Source of the DNA: Acidobacteriota bacterium
GTDB taxonomy: Bacteria > Acidobacteriota > Vicinamibacteria > Vicinamibacterales > 2-12-FULL-66-21
Direction of reading: 5' to 3'
Assembly (NCBI GenBank): GCA_046727175.1
Contig: JBKPCD010000158.1
Span: 2,910 to 66,909 of the forward strand
Length of the DNA: 64,000 nt
Shown one piece after another: positions 38,120 through 46,296 of this stretch (position 1 is the first letter of the stretch; each line of letters begins with the position of its first letter). The notes beneath the pieces are model-generated. The model made no database searches. It saw only the letters and a program-made list of their open reading frames with translations, and was not told the origin of the DNA. The position numbers were made by a program, and so were the translations under genes.

Positions 38120-38920
38120 ATGGATGCGCTCGCACTCTACGGGCGATACGTCGCGATCTCGCTGCGCGCACAGCTCGACTACCGCGCATCGTTCGTGATG
38201 CAGGCCGCCGGACAGTTCCTCGTCACGGGCCTCGAGTTCGTCGGGATCTGGACGCTGTTCCGGCGATTTGGAGCAATCAAAGGCTGGACGCTCGAAGAGG
38301 TCGCCTTGTTCTACGGCATGATTTCGATGACGTATGCGGTCGCGGAGGCCATCGCGCGTGGATTCGACACCTTCGGCAACATGGTCAAGTACGGTGAATT
38401 CGATCGCATCCTGCTCCGGCCACGTTCGACCGTGCTGCAGTTGTTCGGTCAGGAACTGACGCTGCGCCGCATCGGACGTCTTGCCCAGGGCGCCGTCGTC
38501 CTGGCCTACGCGCTGTCGACACTTCACGGCATGTGGTCGGTTGAACGGATCGCGCTCCTCGTGCTTGCGGTCGTTGGCGGCGTGTGCATGTTCGTGGGAC
38601 TCATCATCCTGCAGGCAACGAGCGCGTTCTGGACCACGGAGAGCCTGGAAGTGTGGAATGCCTTCACGTATGGTGGCGTGACGATGAGTCAGTATCCGCT
38701 GTCGATTTATCGTCCATGGTTCCGGCGATTCTTCACCTTCGTCATCCCGCTGGCCTGCATCAATTACTTTCCGGGAGTCGCGATTCTCGATCGGCCCGAT
38801 CCACTGGGCACGGCGGTCGCATTCCAGTGGCTGGCGCCACTCGCGGGGCCGATGTTCCTGCTGATTGCGTTGCAGGTCTGGAAGCTCGGCGTGCGGCACT
38901 ATCAATCCACTGGAAGCTGA
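38120..38920 (+). CDS. ABC-2 family permease (DUF990-like)
   Basis: LDYRASF, GEFDRILLRP, YPLSIY and terminal YQSTGS. Confidence 0.9.
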   Translation: MDALALYGRYVAISLRAQLDYRASFVMQAAGQFLVTGLEFVGIWTLFRRFGAIKGWTLEEVALFYGMISMTYAVAEAIARGFDTFGNMVKYGEFDRILLRPRSTVLQLFGQELTLRRIGRLAQGAVVLAYALSTLHGMWSVERIALLVLAVVGGVCMFVGLIILQATSAFWTTESLEVWNAFTYGGVTMSQYPLSIYRPWFRRFFTFVIPLACINYFPGVAILDRPDPLGTAVAFQWLAPLAGPMFLLIALQVWKLGVRHYQSTGS

Positions 38921-38928
38921 CTGTCGCC

Positions 38929-38977
38929 GGGATTCGGGATTCGGGATTCGGGATTCGGGGTTCGGGATTCGGGGCTC
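38929..38977. repeat. 7-bp tandem repeat GGGATTC x7
   Basis: Starts 9 nt after the stop codon. Complementary GA(G/A)CCC-like heptamers at about 39059-39087. Confidence 0.9.
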
Positions 38978-39186
38978 GAGGCCCGGTAACTCAGAACCTC
39001 GGCCCTCATGATTCCGAGTCCTCGTGAGCCCAGACTCGGACGCGCATGAACAATGAGCGAGCCTCGAAGCCCGAGCCCCGAACTCGGGACCGCGCGAGCC
39101 GCTGACGTGCTTGACACATGCAGTTCCGTACGACGAGATGGGATTGCGGATCTATTCGCGTCGTAACTTCAGCAGGAGGAAAGCTG

Positions 39187-39699
39187 ATGCGCATTACCCA
39201 GAGAATCACTCCCTGCCTCTGGTTCGATCATCAAGCCGAAGAGGCAGCAAACTTCTACGTCTCGATATTCAAGAACTCGAAAATCACCAGCGTTTCTCGG
39301 TACACCGAGGCTGGCCGCGAGACGCACCGCCGGCCGCCGGGTTCCGTCATGACCGTCGCATTCGAGCTCAACGGACAGTCGCTCACGGCGCTCAACGGTG
39401 GGCCGGTATTCAAGTTCAACGAGGCCATTTCGTTGCAGGTGAATTGCCACACCCAGGAGGAAATCGACCACTACTGGAGCAAGCTGGGGCAAGGCGGCGA
39501 TCCGAAGGCGCAGCAGTGCGGCTGGCTGAAGGACAAGTACGGCCTCTCGTGGCAAATCATCCCGACCGTGCTGCCGGAGATGCTCGCGGACCACGAGTCG
39601 CCGAAAGCGCAGCGCGTGATGGCAGCACTGCTGCGCATGAAAAAGATCGATATCGGGGAGCTGGAGCGGGCGGCCGCGGGCGAGCGCATCACGGCCTGA
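39187..39699 (+). CDS. VOC/PhnB-like (3-demethylubiquinone-9 3-methyltransferase family) protein
   Basis: ITPCLWF, ALNGGP.FKFNEAISL and CGWLKDKYGLSWQ. AGGAGG RBS. Confidence 0.92.
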   Translation: MRITQRITPCLWFDHQAEEAANFYVSIFKNSKITSVSRYTEAGRETHRRPPGSVMTVAFELNGQSLTALNGGPVFKFNEAISLQVNCHTQEEIDHYWSKLGQGGDPKAQQCGWLKDKYGLSWQIIPTVLPEMLADHESPKAQRVMAALLRMKKIDIGELERAAAGERITA

Positions 39700-39825
39700 C
39701 GCCCTGACGTCTTGACAGCAGTGATGTCGGGTAGTATTTAGCGTACGTGTTAATTAACACGGACGTTTAGCCTGGTATGCGGCTCATTGCCAGGATGATG
39801 TTCTCGGTACGGCGTAACGGCCCTG

Positions 39826-39982
39826 GGCGCGCCAGAGGCGCGCCCCGCCGGAGCGGAGCGGGGCCAAGGGGTTCGCCTCCACCCCGGACCCGCGAGCGAC
39901 GGCGATACCGGGGCCCCCACCGCACGTATTGCGTGCGGGGGGTGGGGTGGGGGGTCCGGCGGGGCGGAAGCCCTCCGGTCTA
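39826..39982 (+). repeat. Dispersed GC-rich repeat element, copy 2 (with internal hairpin insertions)
   Basis: Same modules as 35182-35278, plus insertions including ccgcacg-tattg-cgtgcgg. Confidence 0.85.
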
Positions 39983-39986
39983 GTCA

Positions 39987-40334
39987 ATGACCGATCGCCT
40001 CAGCACCACGTTCGCCGCGCTCGCCGATCCGACGCGCCGCGCGATCCTCGCGAGGCTCACGTCCGGCGAAGCCTCGGTCACCGAACTGGCCGAGCCATTC
40101 GACATGAGCATGCCGGCCATCTCGAGACACCTGAAGGTGCTGGAGAAGGCCGGCCTCATCGCGCGGAGCCGCGAGGCGCAGTGGCGACCCTGCCGGCTCG
40201 AGCCGGCACCTCTGAAAGACGTCTCGAAATGGGTCGAGCGCTACCGCCGCATGTGGGAGGAGCGCTTCGACGGCCTCGAGGATTACCTGCAGGAGTTGCA
40301 GGCCAAGAGTCACAAAAAACGCAAGAAGCGCTGA
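39987..40334 (+). CDS. ArsR/SmtB-family transcriptional regulator
   Basis: FAALADPTRRAIL, SMPAISRHLKVLEKAGLI and QWRPCRL. Confidence 0.93.
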   Translation: MTDRLSTTFAALADPTRRAILARLTSGEASVTELAEPFDMSMPAISRHLKVLEKAGLIARSREAQWRPCRLEPAPLKDVSKWVERYRRMWEERFDGLEDYLQELQAKSHKKRKKR

Positions 40335-40370
40335 CGCGCCGAGCCGCAGTTTTCAGCAGAGAGAAGGTTC

Positions 40371-40400
40371 TTGACAGCAGAATTCTACATAGGTAGAATT
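40371..40400 (+). promoter_or_regulatory. Sigma70 promoter TTGACA-N17-TAGAAT with operator AATTCTAC-ATAG-GTAGAATT
   Basis: Near-consensus boxes. The palindrome at 40381-40400 covers the spacer and -10. GTG follows 9 nt later. Confidence 0.78.
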
Positions 40401-40408
40401 CGACGCCA

Positions 40409-40726
40409 GTGAACCTGACCTATCCGACCACGCTCGTCCTGCACGCGCTCGCGAACGGCGCCGGCCACGGCTTCGACGTCATCGATGCCACCGGCCTCGC
40501 GAGCGGCACCGTCTACCCGATCCTGCGTCGGCTGGAGCGCGAGAAGCTCGTCTCGGCCCGGTGGGAAGATGCCGCGATTGCACGCGAGGAACAGCGGCCG
40601 CCGCGGCGCTACTACGAGCTCACGGCCGCAGGAAGGGCGCTGCTCGTCACGGCACGCGCCCGTTATCGCACCCCCGGCGCGATCGTCTCGCGCGCGCGCC
40701 GCCTCCGCCCCGCACGATCATCATGA
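40409..40726 (+). CDS. PadR-family transcriptional regulator
   Basis: HGFDVI, SGTVYPILRRLE and RPPRRYYELTAAG. Confidence 0.92.
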   Translation: MNLTYPTTLVLHALANGAGHGFDVIDATGLASGTVYPILRRLEREKLVSARWEDAAIAREEQRPPRRYYELTAAGRALLVTARARYRTPGAIVSRARRLRPARSS

Positions 40727-43389
40727 TGTCGCGCTTCCCGTTGTGGCTCGCGCTGCGGATCGTTCGGGTCGTGGCGATCCTCGTGCCGGCATCCGTTCGG
40801 GTCGACTGGCGACGGGAGTGGGATGCCGAGCTGCAGCATCGCGCGCGCCGAACGGATCGGAATCCGACGCTGACCTCGCGAACGAGCATGGACCTGGTGC
40901 GGCGTGCGCTCGGCTCGCTGCCCGACGCCGCCTGGATCAGACGGCAGTTCACGCTCGATGCCGAGGCGGTTCAGGACGCCGCGCACGGCGTGCGGATGCT
41001 GCTCGATGCCCCGGGGTTCGCCGCGATCGCTCTGCTCGTCTTCGCGATTGGCATCGGCGCGACGACGGCCGTCGTGAGCGTGGCCGATGCGCTGATCCTG
41101 CGCGCTGTGCCGGTGTCACAGCCAGAGCGGGTCATGACGATCTGGCAGCACAACCGCGAAACGGGGGCGCGCCGCGGCGACGTCGCCCCGGGCAACGCCA
41201 TCGACTGGATCTCGCGCGCTCGATCGTTCGAGGCGGCCGCCGTTGCCGAGCCGTTCAGCGTGACCGCCGAGATCCCAGGCCGCGAGCCCGAATACCTGAC
41301 GGCAGCTCTCGTGAGCGAGCACTTCTTCGAGGTCCTCGGCACGACGATGCTCCACGGCCGCGCGTTCCTGCCGGAGGAATACCGGACCGGTGCCAGCCGC
41401 GCCGCAATCTTCAGCTACACGTTCTGGAGGGACCGGTTCGGCGCCGATCCATCAATCGTCGGACGAGCCGTGCGTCTCGACAACGACGCGGCCTTCACCG
41501 TCGTCGGCGTCATGCCGCCAAACCTGGAGCTGCGGCTCTTCGACAATCGGTTTACGCAGCCGGAACCGCGTGTCTGGCTGCCGAAGCCGGGATTCATCCG
41601 GATCGAGTCCACGCTGCGCGGCATCGGGTACTGGAACGTCCTCGGCCGGCTTGCGCCCGGTGTGTCGATCGATCAGGCGAGGGCCGAATTCGATGCCCTC
41701 TCGTCGCAGCTTGCGCGCGAGTACCCGCTAAGCAACAGGAATGTCGCTACCGAGATCGTGCCATTGCGAGAGCACCTCGTCGGCAGCCTGCGCTCCATAC
41801 TGCCGCTGCTCCTTGGCGCGGCGGCCATGCTGCTGCTCGTCGCGTGCGCGAACGTTGCAAATCTGCTGCTGGCGCGCGGCGTCGACCGCACGCGGGAGTT
41901 TGCAGTGCGCCAAGCGCTGGGCGCAAGCCGCGCACGGCTCGTCCGGCAGATGCTGACGGAGACGCTCCTGCTCGCAGCGATCGGCGGCGTTGCGGGACTC
42001 GCGCTTGCACGCTGGACCCTGGACGCGATCGCGCGATTGCGTCCGCTGGACGTCGCACGACTCGATCACATTCCCATCGATGCTCGCGCCGCCGCCATTG
42101 CCTGCGGCGTGACCATCGTCGCGGCAATCGTCGCCGGCCTCGCCCCGTCGATTCAGCTCTCGCGACCCGCAGCCTCCAGCGTACTCAGAGAGGGGCCCAC
42201 CAGCCCGCGCCGCAGCGCCCGAAGCGCGCTCGTGATCGTCGAAGTGGCGGCGGCAGTGGTGCTCGCGGTGGGCGCCGGGCTGCTGGCCCGCAGCTTCGTG
42301 CGTATCCTGCGCGTCGATCCGGGATTCACCAGCGCTCGCGTTGCCGTGCTGCAGGTCTTCGCCTCGCCGCGGCTGAACACGCCGGAGAAGCGAATCGCGT
42401 TCTTCCAGGAAGCCCTCGACCGCATGCGCACGCTGCCGGGCGTCGTCGCCGCGGGCGCCGTCTCCTCGATGCCATTCGGGGACGCGAAAGTCATCATCCG
42501 GGCGCCGCTCACAATCGCCGGGCGCGCGACAGCCACAGGGGAACAGTCGCTCATCCACACGACTGCTGTCGTTGGCGATTACTTTCAGGCGATGGGTGTC
42601 CCGCTGATCCAGGGCCGGCTGTTCGAACAGACCGACGTCACGGGCTCGAGAAAGGTGGTTGTCGTATCTCGAAGTGCCGTCAAGCAGTTCTGGCAGGGAG
42701 CGGACCCGATCGGATCGAAAGTGCAATTCCGATTCACGGGGACGACGTACGACGCGGAGGTGATCGGCGTCGTCGGCGACGTGCGTCACGAAGCACTCGA
42801 TCACCCTGGCGCTGCCGAACTGTTCCTGCCGCATGCGCTGTCCGGATTCAGAGCGTTGACGACCGTGGTCCGCACTGCGCCGGGTTCGCCTGCGACGCTG
42901 GACAACCTGAAGGCGCAGATCTGGGCGCTCGATCCGCGCCAGCCCATCGCGTCCTCGGCGATGCTCGACGACCTCGTCTCCCGCACGCTCGTGAATCGGC
43001 GGTTCAGCCTGTTCCTGCTCGGCGGGTTTGCGCTCGTCGCGCTCGCGCTCGCGTCCGCTGGTGTTTACGGCGTGATGACCTTCACGACCGGTCAACGTAC
43101 GCGTGAGTTCGGTCTCCGCATCGCGCTCGGGGCAAAACGTGGCGACATCGTCGGCCTCGTGCTCCGGGAAGGACTGACGCTCGCGAGCGTCGGCGTGGCC
43201 GCCGGCCTCGCGCTGGCGCTGCCGCTCGCGCGCCTGCTGCGGGCGCTGCTCTTCGGCATCGACGCCGCGGACCCGGTGACGTTCCTGACCGTCAGCCTCG
43301 TGCTCTTCGTCGTCGCGGCGGCGGCCTGTTATCTGCCGGCAAGCCGTGCGCTCGCGATCGATCCGGTTCAGTCGCTGCGGATCGACTGA
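40723..43389 (+). CDS. ADOP-type ABC permease
   Basis: ATGA overlap with padR. WRREWDAEL prefix, ACANVANL, RTREFGLRIALGA and IDPVQSLRID. Confidence 0.93.
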   Translation: MMSRFPLWLALRIVRVVAILVPASVRVDWRREWDAELQHRARRTDRNPTLTSRTSMDLVRRALGSLPDAAWIRRQFTLDAEAVQDAAHGVRMLLDAPGFAAIALLVFAIGIGATTAVVSVADALILRAVPVSQPERVMTIWQHNRETGARRGDVAPGNAIDWISRARSFEAAAVAEPFSVTAEIPGREPEYLTAALVSEHFFEVLGTTMLHGRAFLPEEYRTGASRAAIFSYTFWRDRFGADPSIVGRAVRLDNDAAFTVVGVMPPNLELRLFDNRFTQPEPRVWLPKPGFIRIESTLRGIGYWNVLGRLAPGVSIDQARAEFDALSSQLAREYPLSNRNVATEIVPLREHLVGSLRSILPLLLGAAAMLLLVACANVANLLLARGVDRTREFAVRQALGASRARLVRQMLTETLLLAAIGGVAGLALARWTLDAIARLRPLDVARLDHIPIDARAAAIACGVTIVAAIVAGLAPSIQLSRPAASSVLREGPTSPRRSARSALVIVEVAAAVVLAVGAGLLARSFVRILRVDPGFTSARVAVLQVFASPRLNTPEKRIAFFQEALDRMRTLPGVVAAGAVSSMPFGDAKVIIRAPLTIAGRATATGEQSLIHTTAVVGDYFQAMGVPLIQGRLFEQTDVTGSRKVVVVSRSAVKQFWQGADPIGSKVQFRFTGTTYDAEVIGVVGDVRHEALDHPGAAELFLPHALSGFRALTTVVRTAPGSPATLDNLKAQIWALDPRQPIASSAMLDDLVSRTLVNRRFSLFLLGGFALVALALASAGVYGVMTFTTGQRTREFGLRIALGAKRGDIVGLVLREGLTLASVGVAAGLALALPLARLLRALLFGIDAADPVTFLTVSLVLFVVAAAACYLPASRALAIDPVQSLRID

Positions 43390-43406
43390 CCCTCGATTGG
43401 TCGTAC

Positions 43407-43429
43407 CGGGCCGAGGCGCCGTCGGCCCG
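43407..43429. terminator. GC hairpin between convergent genes
   Basis: cgggccga-ggcgccg-tcggcccg (8-bp stem). No U-tract. Confidence 0.35.
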
Positions 43430-43445
43430 CACCACGATTCGAACG

Positions 43446-43913
43446 TTACGCGTGCGTGACCTGCGGCTGGTACGTTCCCGCGGGCACGCGGAACGAGATC
43501 GCCAACCGGTTCCACGCGTTGATTGCGACGGCCGCCAACGTCAGCGCGACGAGTTCCCCCTCGTCGAAGTGACGGCTGACCCGCTCGTATACGTCATCGG
43601 GCACGTGCGTATCAGCGACACGCGTGATCGCTTCCGTCCACTCGAGCGCCGCGCGCTCGCGATCAGAGAAGAACGGCGTCTCACGCCAGGCGTTGAGCGC
43701 GTACAGCCGCTGTTCGGTCTCGCCGAACGCTCGAGCATCCTTCGTATGCATGTCGATGCAGTACGCGCAGCCGTTGATCTGGGATCCTCGAACCTTCACC
43801 AGGTCCAGAAGCGACCGCTCGAGCCCGCTTTCATCAACAGCCTTCCCGAGACTCAGCATCGCCTGGCCTGCCTTCGACGTCAGAGACTTGCGAACATCCA
43901 CTCTTGGTGTCAT
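43446..43913 (-). CDS. Carboxymuconolactone decarboxylase/AhpD-family protein
   Basis: RGSQINGCAYCIDMH, WRETPFFSDRERAAL and INAWNR. AAGGAG RBS. Confidence 0.93.
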   Translation of the reverse strand: MTPRVDVRKSLTSKAGQAMLSLGKAVDESGLERSLLDLVKVRGSQINGCAYCIDMHTKDARAFGETEQRLYALNAWRETPFFSDRERAALEWTEAITRVADTHVPDDVYERVSRHFDEGELVALTLAAVAINAWNRLAISFRVPAGTYQPQVTHA

Positions 43914-43942
43914 CACCAACTCTCCTTGGTCTCTGCACCGAA

Positions 43943-43968
43943 GACGAATGAAAGCACCGATTGTGACA
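43943..43968 (-). promoter_or_regulatory. ECF41-type promoter TGTCACA-N15-CGTC
   Basis: Lies upstream of the CMD gene. Matches the published ECF41 motif with a spacer 1 nt short. Confidence 0.65.
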
Positions 43969-43983
43969 GGTCCCTCGGCTGGG

Positions 43984-44859
43984 CTAGGAGCGCGGAAGCT
44001 TGTCGGGGTTGACCACGGCGTACACGGCGTGGATTGTCTCGCCGTCGCTGAGGATCGACATGACGGCAATCATCTCTCCATTGACGCGCACGCAGAGCCC
44101 GGTTTCTCCGTTCACCTCGACGAGCTCCATCCTGGCTGTGTCACTCTGCAGGCGCTCGCGCAACGCGAGCACGAGCCTGACGATATTCGGCGCACCGACA
44201 ATCGGACGAGGTGCCGCTGCGGCACGGCCGCCGCCGTCGGCCGTCCAGGTCGCATCGGGCGCGAACAGCGTGAGCAGCGTCTGCTGGTCCCGCGCGTTCA
44301 CGGCGTCGGTGAACGCGCGAAGCAGTTTTGCCTTGGCAGACTCGGCAACCTCGAAGCGCTTGCGCGCGCTCCTGACGCGCGTGCGCGCGCGGTGAATGAT
44401 CTGCCGGCATGCCTCCTCGCTCTTCTCGAGGACCGTCGCGATCTCCCCGTAATCGAAGTCGAACACGTCGTGGAGCAGAAATGCGGCGCGTTCTTCGGGG
44501 CCCAGCCGCTCGAGCAACACGAGAAAGGCCATCGAAAGGTCGGACGCCAGCTCGAGATGACGATCCGGCGGAGGCGGCGAGTCGCGCATCATCGGCTCGG
44601 GCAGCCACGGCCCGACGTACGCCTCGCGCTCCGTCTTGAGCGCACGAAGCCGGTCGATGGCCAACCGCGTAGCGGTCGCGACCAGCCAGGCTTCCGAATT
44701 CCGAATCGCGTCGCGGTCCGACTGGTGCCACCGCACGTACGCTTCCTGGACCAGATCCTCCGCGTCTGCGCGCGAACCGAGCATCCGGTAGGCGAGGCCA
44801 AACAGCCGACCTCGATTCGACTCGAACTCGCTCGTGGCAGAGGTCCCCGTTTCATTCAC
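43984..44859 (-). CDS. ECF41 (SigJ-type) sigma factor with SnoaL-like C-terminal extension
   Basis: AYRMLGS..AEDLVQE, YVGPWLPEP, DGGG and NPDKL signature motifs. Confidence 0.95.
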   Translation of the reverse strand: MNETGTSATSEFESNRGRLFGLAYRMLGSRADAEDLVQEAYVRWHQSDRDAIRNSEAWLVATATRLAIDRLRALKTEREAYVGPWLPEPMMRDSPPPPDRHLELASDLSMAFLVLLERLGPEERAAFLLHDVFDFDYGEIATVLEKSEEACRQIIHRARTRVRSARKRFEVAESAKAKLLRAFTDAVNARDQQTLLTLFAPDATWTADGGGRAAAAPRPIVGAPNIVRLVLALRERLQSDTARMELVEVNGETGLCVRVNGEMIAVMSILSDGETIHAVYAVVNPDKLPRS

Positions 44860-44883
44860 TCCGGGACTCCTTCCATGATCAAA

Positions 44884-44910
44884 GACGATGAACGGGGACC
44901 GTTTGTGACA
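44884..44910 (-). promoter_or_regulatory. ECF41 autoregulatory promoter TGTCACA-N16-CGTC
   Basis: Exact match to the ECF41 consensus upstream of the sigma gene. Confidence 0.8.
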
Positions 44911-44923
44911 ACGCGTTCATGAC

Positions 44924-45044
44924 TTAACAGGCCGCTGAAAAAAGCCGGCCTGATGGAAAAATGGCAAATGGGAGATGGCAAAAATGCTCAGGTTTTTCCA
45001 TTTACCATCTGACATTCAGGATGCGTTTTTCAGCATCTTGTTAA
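44924..45044. mobile_element. MITE-like element, 121 bp, TTAA-bounded
   Basis: Terminal inverted repeats ttaacaggccgctgaaaaa and tttttcagcatcttgttaa (16/19). AT-rich interior with (A)AATGG and CCAT(T/C)T mirror heptamers. Confidence 0.75.
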
Positions 45045-46163
45045 ACGGATCGCGGGCTCGACGTTCTACGCCATCTTCGGGCGCTCAGATTCTTTTCGAT
45101 CGCCTGGAACCAGAACGTCTCGGATGCTGGACTCGCAAATCTGGCCTCCTGCGATCGTCTCGAACGCGTGGACCTGATGGGCACCCACACCGGTGATGGC
45201 GGCATCCGTGCACTCGCCGGCAAGAGCCGTCTCCGTCTTCTGCATACGGGACGCTGCGTGACCGATGCGGGGCTCATGCTCCTTCATCGCATCCCCGCGT
45301 TCAGCACGCTGGCTTCCAGTGAGACGAGCGCTGCCGATGAAATCGGGGCGGACCTGATGCTCGATGGCCCGTTCACGAATGCCGGTCTCGCGACGCTGAG
45401 TGGGCTCGAGGGGCTTTCTGCGCTCAGCTTCTTCTGGCACTGTTCTGGATTCACTGGCGAGGGTCTGGCACCGCTCCAACAGCTTCCGAACCTCGTTTCT
45501 CTGGGGTGTGAGGGCGAACTATGCGACGACGAGGCTATGCGGCAGATCGCCGGATTGCCACGGTTGCGAAAGCTGAACGCGCAGGGAACGGTTGCGACCG
45601 ACGCCGGGTTCCAATCGTTGAGCCGTTCTCGCACCATTGAGAACATCTGGGGCCGAGAGTGCCCGAACCTGACCGGGCGCGGCTTTGCTGCGCTCTCGGC
45701 GATGCCTGCGCTCCGCGTGCTGGGCGTCAGCTGCAAGCGCGTCGATGATGCCGGGCTGTCCACGCTCCCACGGTTTCCAGCGCTGACGGGTTTCATACCA
45801 ATGGACGTGCCGGACGAAGGGTTCCATCACGTGGGTCAGTGCGAGCGACTGGAAACGCTGACGTGCATGTACTGCAGCGATACTGGTGATGCCGCAACGG
45901 AGCACATCGCAAATCTGCCGAAGCTGAAGTCCTACTATGCGGGGGACACCAAAATCACCGATCGGAGCCTGGAGAGTCCGGACCACATGCGATCGCTCGA
46001 ACGTGTCGAATTCTGGTCGTGCTCCGGCATCACGGATCGAGGCGCTGGCCAGCTGGCCGCTCTCCCGCGGCTTCGAGAGATCGTGCTGGATGGTCTGCCA
46101 AACGTCACACAAAAAATCACGGACGCGGTCCCATCGCACGTGCGGGTGAAGTATTTGGGCTAG
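45045..46163 (+). pseudogene. 5'-truncated leucine-rich-repeat protein
   Basis: Frame is open from 45045 (TDRGLDVLRHL...VSDAGLANL) straight after the MITE's in-frame TAA. Repeated TDAGL/LPxLxxL units. First usable start is GTG 45168. Confidence 0.75.
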
Positions 46164-46296
46164 ACGTCGACTTGACGGACTTCACGTAGAATTGGCGGCA
46201 CACCGCGTTTCCACCGGATGCGGAGAACGCATCCTGGTAAGGTTCCAAGGTTCGCGACGCGCTCGTCAGGATACGAGCGCCGAGAATACAGCTGCC

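Noticed and set aside
40485-43515. 873-aa alternative-frame and 595-aa antisense ORFs
   Set aside because: R/A-rich stop-free frames overlapping a clear ADOP gene.
46161-46191. TTGACG...TAGAAT upstream of the kinase
   Set aside because: The spacer is only 9 nt, so it is not a valid sigma70 promoter.
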